Shown here in pieces: positions 53,092-63,391 of a stretch of DNA of 64,000 nt. The number at the start of each line of letters is the position of its first letter. The stretch's first letter is position 1. The DNA lies in contig CM035359.1 in NCBI GenBank assembly GCA_020137815.1, positions 4,092,001 through 4,156,000 of the forward strand, written 5' to 3'. Below the pieces are notes generated by a model. It was not told where the DNA came from, ran no database searches, and saw nothing but the letters and a program-made list of their open reading frames with translations. Source of the DNA: Hormiphora californensis (lineage: Eukaryota > Animalia > Ctenophora). The position numbers and the translations under genes were made by a program.

Positions 53092-53895
53092 ATGAGTTTG
53101 CCCCGTCACGGCGATCTTCACCAGCAGCAGCCTATGACTGATGGTGGAGGAGAGTCACGTTGTCATGGAAACGGTCAACATGCCGGACATGAAGGAGGAG
53201 GAGGAACGCAGCATGGACCGTGTTGTACCCAGTGTTGTAACGGTGGTAACCATGGTGTAGATGGTAGCAACCATGGAGGAGTTGGTAACCATGGTAACCG
53301 CGGTGGTAACCGTGGTTTAGATAGTGATCCACCTAGTTACACCTGGGATTACTTCACCGACACCATCCCACGAAACACTCCCCTGTTATCGGGGTTAGCT
53401 GGCGATCTCACCGACTCCCCCTCGGCCCCAGTTTGTACACCTACCACGCCACTAGGAGCCCACAAGCAGGGATGGAGCAACAACAATCACCCTACACCAC
53501 CGGTGTCCAGGTCTGGGTATAGCAGCCGGCCCCCTGTAGTCCCGCCTAGATCTAGACACCGCGGTGATACCTCTGTCACCGCTGCACACCGAGGTAATAC
53601 CTCTGACACCTCCAGACACCGTGGGGGATATCAAGCCCTTTTAGATCAGGATGGATCAAGTCAGGATATCCCGGTAAAATCTGCCATCCGCAGCTCCACA
53701 GATGCCGATAGTCAACCTACTGACTCTGCACCAGCTGTTGGGGGTTGGGGAGTGGTGCGGAATGAATCAGGTGTCCACCAGAGATCCATTCTCCGTGGTC
53801 TTCTCAGCAGAGCGGGGGCAGCCGGGTCTAGTGGAGCAGCTACCAGGGATAGGCAACGTGATGGCCGAGACGCGGGACACGGCCACGACCCATTG
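53092..53895 (+). CDS. Proximal N-terminal coding exon H of the K2P gene (long disordered G/P/S-rich region)
   Basis: 268 codons MSLPRHGD...GHGHDPL|gtatgt; phase 0; could also be entered at the AG ending 53040. Confidence 0.7.
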
Positions 53896-54296
53896 GTATG
53901 TGTTTAATTTCATGTTGAGTTGCCTCACAGTACACGCTAAATTAATCATTAATCATTTCGGGCTTTGTTCTTTACTAAATATGCAGTTTGTTCTTTATTA
54001 CAGTTTGTCTTGTCTTTCTTGATACATTTGGCAGTGTGATCTTCTGTATTAATAGTATATCTGTTATCTCCCACCAGCTGCTTAGAAATAACCGGTCTGT
54101 TTATGAGAAAAACTTTAGTAAAATTGGAAATCGACTAAACACTAAAATTAAATACAAATTTTGTAGGCCCTGCTATTCCTGAAACCCCATTCCCGTTCAT
54201 ACCATAATCCCATTCCCAAGCACTACCATCTCCACTCTCCAACCTGACAACAATCAACTTAATTGAACTATTAATTAACAAAATATTTAATTTCAG

Positions 54297-54454
54297 GGTC
54301 GAGGGATGCCTCCAATTTTTGGGTTTTTTGGAAAAGTAACCGCTAAAGGACGGAAAGCACTCCTCAACTCTATAGTCCTTCTCTTCCTGAATATTGTTTT
54401 CATCACAAGTGGAGCTCTTATTATCTCACGGATTGAGAATGATTATAATCTAAA
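54297..54454 (+). CDS. Two-pore-domain K+ channel (K2P/KCNK family), M1 exon
   Basis: tttcag|GRGMPPIFGFFGKVTAKGRKALLNSIVLLFLNIVFITSGALIISRIENDYNL|gtaagt; hydrophobic helix ending in the K2P-like GAxxxxxxE. Confidence 0.85.
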
Positions 54455-54909
54455 GTAAGTATTGAGATTTGTATCTTAGGAAGTATGGAAGATTGGAAGT
54501 TGGGCTAAAGTAAGTATGTATTGAGAATTGTATCTAAGGAAGTCTGGAAGTAAGACTTAAGTAAGTGTTGATATGTGTCTTTAGGAAACTTTGGGCTAGT
54601 TCACAATCGACATGTCCTTGCTGCCAATGCTCTGACCACAGTTCTGGCGCGCTCCGCGTTATTTGAGAGAAATGAGAATGGGATCAGGCCACGCTCTGAC
54701 AGTGTCCTTGTCTCATGAGATTTTTGTCTGTGTTAGAAGAAAATCCACAAATTTAGGAATAGGTTGCCATATAGTTACCTGCCTTGTTATTGTACAACCC
54801 CCTCTCTCTAGGCCCTGACCATAGCAAACATTTCCTGTGATTCCTCAGAATTACATGAAGTTGCTGACGATACTGAGATTACGTTCCGGGAATATGATCA
54901 TCGTATTTT

Positions 54910-54975
<66 letters not shown>

Positions 54976-54982
54976 TCTCTCC

Positions 54983-55079
<97 letters not shown>

Positions 55080-55254
55080 GGTCTAAATTGTTCGACTTAC
55101 TATTAGCTAACAAATTACCAATTTACATCCGGAATCTTTCCGTAGATTTCTCAACGCATCAAATATTAGCCAGTTAGTTCGACTGTCGAGTCGATTATGT
55201 ATCTAACCCCGAAGAAAGAAGATTGAACATAGGAAGAAAAACTCAAATTAGTTA

Positions 55255-57551
55255 GGGGCAGTAGTCGAGTGACTGGGAAAAAATTTGTGTCAAGCTGATT
55301 TCTTCACTAACGTGTCCCAATGGGTCCCCTCTAGCCCTCCTGAGTTTTTTCAAACTCGGGATGGGGTGCAACATGTTCATTTCCGGGTTTACTTTGTACC
55401 TGCATTTCTAGCCTGAGGCCAAAAGCGTAACTACTCTTAGGAAAGGAGTAGAGAGATAATCTAGGGTACTAAAGTGATCAGCGTCCTCGCATTAGTGGGG
55501 GTAGGTGCCGGAATTAAGTCTCTATCTCATCTGGTTAATTAGATAATTGGATAATTAGGTTTGCGCATAACCGTTTTTTGGCTATATGGCTATAGCCACT
55601 TCGGAATGGTTTAGAGACTTTTCATTGGTGCCATTTTGTAGGCAATAGCCAAGTTGTGGGGGGTCGACGTCGGACTTTTAAGCTCTATCTTCAACCGTTT
55701 AGCCGTTATTTGGCTTTAAGGGTACACCTGGCGTTTTTCATCATCGAGTGCCCAACCAAATGACTTCACCAGGGTTTAGGTCATACAAAATGGACCTCAA
55801 ATATGCAATTTTAGCCCTAAAGTCGAATTCATATTTTTGCTACAGCCTATTTTCAAAGTGGCGTTTTTTCAATTTTTGTTGGAATTTTTAACCTCAGGAC
55901 CACTTTTTTTGAGATAGAAACATTAAATTCTTGAAATTTGAAGAGAATATAAAGGTGAATAAGCCCAAAGAAGGATTTTTGAAATGGAGCTTATTTCTGG
56001 CCATGAGAAGGGTTTACTTTTTTGCTTCTTTGACACGCTGGCTGAGAATGTTCCCATGCTTCATTAGAGATGAAAATCTGGAAATAGTTGCTCAAAACGA
56101 TTATCTATGTGGCCCAAAAATTTTGGAACTTTCCCACCAAAGATGTGGTGTACAGAGCTTTTTTTGTGAAACCTGTCTTTTTGAAAAAGAGGGAAATTCC
56201 CTGTATCTCAAAAACGGATGATCGTAGAGACCTGGGACTAAGCTTAATCGATTCAGAAGGTCCGATTTTGGGGGGGTCTTCTGAGAGACATTTTGCTCCT
56301 ACTCCAACCGATTTTGCTGTAATTGCAAAAAACCAATTCTATGAAAAGGGGAAACAACTCTATTCTAGTAGCCTGCTTCGGGCTGATTTCCCCCTTACTT
56401 GCTGATACCTTTTTCGCAATTACAGCAAAAACGGTTGGAGTAGGAGCAAAATGTCTCTCAGAAGACCCCCCCAAAATCGGACCTTCTGAATCGATTGAGC
56501 TTGGTCCCAGGTCTCTACGATCATCCGTTTTTGAGATACAGGGAATTTCCCTCTTTTTCAAAAAGACAGGTTTCACAAAAAAAGCTCTGTACACCACATC
56601 TTTGGTGGGAAAGTTCCAAAATTTTTGGGCCACATAGATAATCGTTTTGAGCAACTATTTCCAGATTTTCATCTCTAATGAAGCATGGGAACATTCTCAG
56701 CTAGCGTGTCAAAGAAGCAAAAAAGTAAACCGTTCTCATGGCCAGAAATAAGCTCCATTTCAAAAATCCTTCTTTGGGCTTATTCACCTTTATATTCTCT
56801 TCAAATTCCAAGAATTTAATGTTTCTATCTCAAAAAAAGTGGTCCTGAGGTTAAAAATTTCAACAAAAATTGAAAAAACGCCACTTTGAAAATAGGCTGT
56901 AGCAAAAATATGAATTCGACTTTAGGGCTAAAATTGCATATTTGAGGTCCATTTTGTATGGCCTAAACCCTGGTGAAGTCATTTGGTTGGGCACTCGATG
57001 ATGAAAAACGCCAGGTGTACCCTTAAAGATGCTCAAAATGAGCAAAATACGGTAAAAAGCCCGATTTTAAGCATATTAAAAGCCAAATAACGGCTAAACG
57101 GTTGAAGATAGAGCTTAAAAGTCCGACGTCGACCCCCCACAACTTGGCTATTGCCTACAAAATGGCACCAATGAAAAGTCTCTAAACCATTCCGAAGTGG
57201 CTATAGCCATATAGCCAAAAAACGGTTATGCGCAAACCTAATTATCCAATTATCTAATTAACCAGATGAGATAGAGACTTAATTCCGGCACCTACCCCCA
57301 CTAATGCGAGGACGCTGATCACTTTAGTGCCCTCGATTTTCTCTCTACTCCTTTCCTAAGAGTAGTTACGCTTTTGGCCTCAGGCTGAAAATGCAGGTAC
57401 AAAGTAAACCCGGAAATGAACATGTTGCACCCCATCCCGAGTTTGAAAAAACTCAGGAGGGCTAGAGGGGACCCATTGGGACACGTTAGTGAAGAAATCA
57501 GCTTGACACAAATTTTTTCCCAGTCAAGGCGATATTCGGTGTTAATACCCC
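55255..57551. mobile_element. Outer palindromic MITE (~450-bp arms, GGGG...CCCC ends) hosting the Kolobok-like insertion
   Basis: 55269-55718 is the reverse complement of ~57077-57525; TTAGGGG / CCCCTAA ends; superfamily uncertain. Confidence 0.8.
55720..57022. mobile_element. 1.3-kb palindromic Kolobok-like non-autonomous element
   Basis: TTAA|GGGTACACCTGG...CCAGGTGTACCC|TTAA; RR..YY ends with TTAA TSD fit Kolobok rather than piggyBac; ~610-bp arms. Confidence 0.88.
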
Positions 57552-57564
57552 TAACTAAATAGAA

Positions 57565-57852
57565 TTATTAAATTTGAATACAAGTCAAAAAGTCAAGTGG
57601 TGGGTCTGTCCCAATCACTGGGTTATAAGCCGGCGGTGCTTATCTTCGATTCATAGCCCTAAGCCACTCCGTACCGAGGTTCTAAACTTACAGTAATTGG
57701 GGGCCAGCCCTACGTGCAGGGGATTGTGGCTTTTCAGCCGAACCAATTTATAGCTCGGTCAACTAAACAGCTTACATTAGATCCCGAACCGAGATTCGAA
57801 CCCGGGACCTTCTGCATGAGAAGCGAGTCTGTTACCACGGGGGTTACCCAAC
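57565..57852 (-). mobile_element. Probable tRNA-derived SINE
   Basis: Minus-strand head ...GGTCCCGGGTTCGAATCTCGG (B-box) at ~57781-57852, followed by a ~220-bp body; single copy in window, boundaries approximate. Confidence 0.5.
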
Positions 57853-57923
57853 TAGAATTTGTACGTGAACAAAGACTCATTACATGGATAAAACATGTTA
57901 ATTATCACTCAAACCACCCACAG

Positions 57924-58033
57924 ATTTAAGTTACTGAATGAGACGCTTTTGAAGAAAGACGATCTGAAGTTTTTCCTCGGACATGATCATGACCCTTTTG
58001 TGGAATTCCCCTCGCATTTACCTGGACATCAAG
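57924..58033 (+). CDS. K2P channel, extracellular cap exon
   Basis: cacag|FKLLNETLLKKDDLKFFLGHDHDPFVEFPSHLPGHQ|gtattg; phases 2 to 1 link the flanking exons. Confidence 0.8.
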
Positions 58034-58114
58034 GTATTGATAACTGATTGTCACCATGGTTACCATGGTTACCTTGGTTACCACTCCTAAACCGGTATAA
58101 TGTTATCCTTTCAG

Positions 58115-58255
58115 GGTGGACAGAAGACGAATGGGTGAAACTACATCAACTTCACAAGCAGCGGTGCTTCAAGCTGGACAACGAACACACCCAGCAAAAC
58201 CTGTGGAACTTTTGGAGCGCTTTTGATTTTTGTGCAACCGTTCTCACTACAATAG
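58115..58255 (+). CDS. K2P channel, cap / pore helix 1 exon
   Basis: ...WNFWSAFDFCATVLTTIG|gtatgg; P1 signature. Confidence 0.93.
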
Positions 58256-58365
58256 GTATGGGTATATCATGAAACTACCGTATTATATCTCGACCAAAAC
58301 GCGGAGTTTTTACCGAGTTTTTACGTCATATATCCGACCCGAAAAGCTTCTCCCTTATATTGCAG

Positions 58366-58547
58366 GTTACGGTAGTATCTACCCACGGACAGCGTTTGGC
58401 AAGATAATCCTGATCCTCTACACCATCTGTGGTATTGGCATCATGGCTATGTACCTGGGTCTATTCTCAAAAGCAATCATCAACTTGGTTAACTTTCTAA
58501 TCGATCTGGCTACCAAGGTCATCAGACTTGTCAATAGGCGATTTGTG
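58366..58547 (+). CDS. K2P channel, GYG filter and M2 exon
   Basis: GYGSIYPRTAFGKIILILYTICGIGIMAMYL...RRFV|gtgagt; PxTxxGK motif. Confidence 0.93.
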
Positions 58548-58770
58548 GTGAGTAGGATTTGGTTTGGCAGCATGGCAGGCAGACCCGATCCCAGGATTGG
58601 ATTGGTGGAAGACAGACGTGATGTTGACAAAACTTTTTCCTTCCCTAATTTGGCAGCCCTCCTCATGTGAAGGGTGGGAAATTTAGCGTTTGAACACAGA
58701 GGGGACAATTCCCTAATCCCTAAAACAGAGTAGAGGGGAACGACAATTCCCTAATTCTCTCTTGTTTCAG

Positions 58771-58851
58771 TGCAGTGAGGTCTTGTCCCGGATGTTTTCC
58801 CTGTTAGTGGTTCTCGTTGCACTCACTGCATTCGTTATTATGTGGAGTTTT
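58771..58851 (+). CDS. K2P channel, M3 exon
   Basis: tttcag|CSEVLSRMFSLLVVLVALTAFVIMWSF|gtaagt. Confidence 0.87.
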
Positions 58852-59231
58852 GTAAGTAAATTAACTAATTACTAATTATTATTTAATATTCACCCAAATT
58901 GGAATGATAGTTTTCTAAAAAAGACTGAATTGTAGTACTATTAGGACTATATTTCCGGGTAAGGCAATTATAGATGAAGGGGTGGGTCTCAAAAGTTTCT
59001 CTCACCAGATAGATGGAAATCTCAGAAAATTCTAAATCCCTAATCTTCCCATTCTCCCTGCAACACCCCCACCATCCCAGGCTGGGGCCACCACTAATCT
59101 TCACATTCTCCAGATTATGAGTTCTAGATCCCTAATCCTCCCCTAATCTCTTGCAGATCGATGAGTTCTAAATCCCTAATCTCCCGTAGATCATGAGTTC
59201 TAAATCCCTAATCCTCCCATTCTCCCTACAG

Positions 59232-59379
59232 ATTATGAGTTCAAGTAACCCCCGGGATTCCTTCCTAAAAGCATCCTACTTCTACGTTATAACTCTAACA
59301 ACAGTAGGACTTGGCGATATATCCATGACGGAGGCGAAACCGTTCGTGCTCATTCGGGTTCTTTTCTTATTCTGTGTTG
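59232..59379 (+). CDS. K2P channel, pore 2 exon (TTVGLGD)
   Basis: IMSSSNPRDSFLKASYFYVITLTTVGLGDISMTEAKPFVLIRVLFLFCV|gtaaga. Confidence 0.93.
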
Positions 59380-59577
59380 GTAAGATTCACATCACAGTTC
59401 ACTAAAATATACATGATATATCTTGTCAAACCACACTAACCAGTTGTATTTACATTTCAAAATGATTTTAATTCCATTTTAGCAAGATCTTCACATGGTT
59501 CAACTTCACACAGTGGCTATGTGAACTTCACACACCCTGTATCATTATTGAGTAAACCCATACCCCACTTGTTTCAG

Positions 59578-59638
59578 GTTTAACGTTGGTGACGGCTGTG
59601 TTTAATGCATTAAGATCGGTATTGGCAGCCCATACAAA
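59578..59638 (+). CDS. K2P channel, M4 exon
   Basis: tttcag|GLTLVTAVFNALRSVLAAHT|gtaaga; phases 1 to 2. Confidence 0.88.
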
Positions 59639-60035
59639 GTAAGAAATAACTTTGCGGTGTCAGTATTTTATGAAATAACTTTGCGGTACTGTCGTGCCAG
59701 TATTTTAAGAAATAACTTTGCAGTACTGAGGTGTATTAGTTATACTGGATAATTACTCACCAATGTTGTAGATGGGTTTTAGATTTGAGAACGACTAGAA
59801 AAATGGTATGCAGATTGCAGAGCCGAAGTCCCAAGTCTAGAACCATATAAAATATCAAATCCTTATTCCTTAGAATAAACAATATCTTTAAACATGTATG
59901 ATATTGGGACTCTGACCTAGAGCCTCAACAGCATCACATAGAACTAACCCGCCTAACACTTACAGTCTACAAACACTAACAATACTACTTTACTTAATAC
60001 TTATGACTTACAACTACTGACACAAACACCGACAG

Positions 60036-60294
60036 AAAGCTGCGTTCCAAAGTACAAGACAAACTGGACGAGACGATAGCGGCAACTCAAGCGGCCACCC
60101 TAGCCGCTCGGACTAACATGCAAAACCGGGTAATGGGTGGCGGCGCCAACAGATTTAGAAGATTGAGCACAGCTATAGTTGTACAGAACAAGATAAATGC
60201 ATTAAATGCTGAGTCAGCACTAACAGAGAATGAACGTGAGAATGAGCAGTCCACCGCTACTCCTGTAACAGATCAGAAACCACCTGATTTTGGA
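60036..60294 (+). CDS. K2P channel, C-terminal exon alpha
   Basis: gacag|KLRSKVQDKLDET...GGGANRFRRLSTA...KPPDFG|gttagt; may instead read to the stop at 60321. Confidence 0.7.
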
Positions 60295-60379
60295 GTTAGT
60301 ATAGTTTTAGAAGCCACCTGATGTTGGAGTTAGTAATGTTTTAGAGACCACCTGATGTTGGAGTTAGTATAGTTTTAGA

Positions 60380-60434
60380 TTGGTCACGAAATTACCCCTC
60401 AACGCGAGCGTAATAGGGGTGACTTCGTAACCAA
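60380..60434. mobile_element. 55-bp Mutator-like MITE
   Basis: TTGGTCACGAAATTACCCCT...AGGGGTGACTTCGTAACCAA; 9-bp TSD AGTTTTAGA / AGTTCTAGA. Confidence 0.75.
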
Positions 60435-60806
60435 AGTTCTAGAGAGTTTGGAGGTGGTATATTTGGTGTTTGTATAGTTTTAGAGAGAGGGGTTTATTAT
60501 AGCACTCTCTAATTTCTAACTAGTCAAAGCTGTCTGGTGCCGCGGACCCCAATCAAACCGCGGTCTGTCGCCGCCAGACAGAAAGGGAGTGCTATAATTA
60601 TAAGTCAATTCGAGTAGATAGGTTACTGGAGATTTGAAGTATAAATACAGAGTCGTGACGAATAGTAACTAGACTGACTAGACCAAACCAGACCACGACT
60701 ATTACAGTTTACAAACCCATTGAAACCCCATTTCCAAAAGTGGCTATAAATTATAGCCACTTTTGGGTAATAATGGGAGCAACTTTTTATAATCATTATA
60801 ATTATA

Positions 60807-60978
60807 CAGTCGGACCCCGATTTACCGGGCCCCGATTTATCGGAACCCCGATTTACCGGGAGGATAAATTTCCCCCGATATAGGAAATCAACGGTATTTG
60901 ACCCCATATACCGGGCATCCCGATTTACCGGGCAAAATAGCTTCCCCCGAGGATTCCGGTAAATCGGGGTCCGACCGT
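60807..60978. mobile_element. Tc1/mariner/pogo-type MITE, reverse-orientation copy of 6450-6622
   Basis: TA|CAGTCGGACCCCGATTTACC...GGGGTCCGACCG|TA. Confidence 0.85.
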
Positions 60979-61022
60979 AATTAATTAACTTATTAACTAA
61001 TTATTAATTATTATCCCATCAG

Positions 61023-61144
61023 GCGGCTGAAGGCGAAGGGACGACGTTTAACAACCCGGGCGCAGGAAGCTATGAAAGATGGCGCGAATCGTCTGATTAA
61101 TAGAAATACAGAGGACAGTGTTCCCCTGACCAACATTAAAGCAG
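61023..61144 (+). CDS. K2P channel, C-terminal exon beta
   Basis: catcag|RLKAKGRRLTTRAQEAMKDGANRLINRNTEDSVPLTNIKA|gtaata when joined directly to the M4 exon. Confidence 0.65.
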
Positions 61145-61146
61145 GT

Positions 61147-61234
61147 AATATTGGTCCCTGATTGGCTTATAACCAGTCACGTGACCTAAATAACGAGTTC
61201 TGATTGGTTGTTTACTTGTTTCGGTCGGTTCCTG
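61147..61234 (+). mobile_element. MITE family A, 5'-truncated, at a splice donor
   Basis: Family sequence; AAGCAGGTA on both sides. Confidence 0.8.
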
Positions 61235-61672
61235 AAGCAGGTACTACCAGAACACAAGGAACATTTCTATTCGGTATTTCAAATCCCTGCTAGCTCTCAC
61301 TTTAAAGTTTATAAAAAGGGCTCATGTCACTTTATGGCACAGACCTGGCTCTTAGCGGGGCCAGCGTTCTGCGGAATCGAAATCCTGAGATTTCGTGAGC
61401 ATATTCTTTGAACTGGGAACATGCAGTACCATTTGTACATGCAGTCCCAATAATTAACTGCAAAGACAATACAGGCCCATTGTATATTTGTCAAACAATA
61501 TGCCCATATCTAGCTGCCTCTCTGTCCACTACTTGAAGTTGAGGGAGAGTATAAACTCTTGGGAATGATTTCTTGCTTACTAAATTCATTGCTTTTTTAA
61601 TATTAAAATCATAAAATTATAATTGAAATGGTATTTTACTTGTTAAGTTTAAAATACCTGTTTTCCTTGCAG

Positions 61673-61737
61673 GTGTAAACGAAGGCTATGATCCTGACAG
61701 CGAATTCACGATGCCCATGTTATACGATAAGAAATAG
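61673..61737 (+). CDS. K2P channel, terminal coding exon
   Basis: ccttgcag|GVNEGYDPDSEFTMPMLYDKK*; phase 1 fits the donor at 61144. Confidence 0.65.
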
Positions 61738-61965
61738 GAGCTAGGAAGGGGCCGCAAGAACAATTCAAGGATATCAATTGACAGTTGACAGTTTCTTGTC
61801 CGTGGCTACAGACAATTTCATATCTAGCAAAAGACAATTCAAATGATGGAGAGTACGTTATAGAGAGAGAGTTCAAAATCAATCGAGATCTGTTCAGGAT
61901 TTTAGTGCTCGATTTTTTAACTGTGAATAGAAAAGTGAGAAACTTCGAATTATATGATGGATTTG

Positions 61966-62287
61966 ATATCTTTGTATCATTGTTCACACCAATAGTGTTG
62001 GCGGGTGTGGTATTATGACATCGAAGACGCTCATTTATTAGACGTTTCGGCTGTACGGCCATTATCAATAATGCTCAATAAATAGTTTTACGTTGTAGTT
62101 GATGAAAGTTTGAAACTTTCATCAACTACAACGTAAAACTATTTATTGAGCATTATTGATAATGGCCGTACAGCCGAAACGTCTAATAAATGAGCGTCTT
62201 CGATGTCATAATACCACACCCGCCAACACTATTGGTGTGAACAATGATACAAAGATATACTACCCCACCAGCCTCCACCATCTCCAA
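61966..62287. mobile_element. Probable Penelope-like retroelement remnant: 293-bp perfect palindrome with hammerhead-like motifs
   Basis: 146-bp arms around G62112; TTGATAATGGCCGTACAGCCGAAACGTC in each arm; ATATGATGGATTTGA repeated at 61952-61966 and 62288-62302. Confidence 0.65.
62152..62187 (+). ncRNA. Minimal type I hammerhead ribozyme-like motif (mirror copy on the - strand at ~62037-62072)
   Basis: ATTA-[UUGAUAA-U]-GGC/GCC stem-[GAAAC-GUC]-TAAT; variant of the CUGANGA core. Confidence 0.5.
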
Positions 62288-62629
62288 ATATGATGGATTT
62301 GAGTTTATTCTGTCTGGTGGCGCTCACCCGATAAAACGGGATCTGGCGATGCCGGACAGAGTGTATTGCATGTAGATTCTTGCGACCATGTTACCATGAC
62401 TAGTCCGAGAGTTTCACGAGAGAATATGGGAGAGAAAATATAAATCGAGAAATCTAGCTTCTCGCAGTATGCAGCAGATCGGTCATTTTTCCTATGAGAG
62501 AATGTGTTATGAACACACTTTTATTATTTTCCCATGGTAATATTCCGTTTTTAAATTGTCTAGAAAATCAAAAATCTTCGCAGCTTGATCAGTGTGATTG
62601 ATCACAGCTAACTTACCTTGGGGTAACAG

Positions 62630-62686
62630 CTGTCTGGCGCCGCGACCCCATCTGAGAATCAAATGGGGTATGGCGCCGCCATACAG
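62630..62686. repeat. Short dispersed MITE-like repeat (CTGTCTGGCGCC...GAGAATCAAATGGGG...GGCGCCGCCATACAG)
   Basis: Related copies near 3860-3910, 4920-4986, 60530-60580, 62309-62360, 62989-63053. Confidence 0.7.
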
Positions 62687-63391
62687 GGTGACAGAGGGCC
62701 CCTCTGAGAGGGATTCTTGTCAGGGGTTGAACAAAACAAGTCCTGACCTGTCTGGGCGCATTGGGGTTTGGCGCTGCCAAACAGGTCCTGAACAAGTTCC
62801 CGACATGAAACTCCATACTTGCTAAGGTACTGGTGAGATGATGTTGTTGCTAGGGTGTTGCTAAGGTTTGCCAAGCTAGACTGCCATTCACTGTTTCTGT
62901 TGACCATATTGTACCACTAAGGGTAACGGTGGCAACTACTATAGGACATCATTTGCCAGGCTGTCTTACGCTCGCCCTTCGTTGTGAGCTGTATGGCATG
63001 GCGGCGCCCATACCCCAATTTGATTCTCAGATGGGGTCGGCGGCGCCAGACAGGTTGTGAGAACCAACAGAGTTTGTTGACAAGACAGACTGGGAACATA
63101 TCAAGGGGGGAGGGGGCCCCGAGGAGGGGATGGCCATCTCTGCGCTTGCCAGCGCAGTGGCCCACAAGTTCAGCACCTCCACGCAAAACTTGCACGTGCG
63201 TTTGCGCCGCGCACAGATGAGATTATTCCATATATAGCAATCTGAGCAAGGGGTCTGATCCCTATCTCCTTTCTCTTCTTTTTCATTTCTTGTCTTGCCG
63301 TCTTGGCTCATTCGTCGTTGTGCATGCTATACAGTTGGTTGGTAGTGTACGACCTGGCCTAGTAGGAATACAGGTGTTTAGTTTGAGTTAA

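Noticed and set aside
48781-57045. Mirrored ORF pairs as transposases
   Set aside because: They reflect palindromic arms; short, with no DDE, HTH or other recognisable domains
63027-63311. Cys-containing minus-strand ORF
   Set aside because: No recognisable domain; it runs into a dispersed repeat; insufficient support
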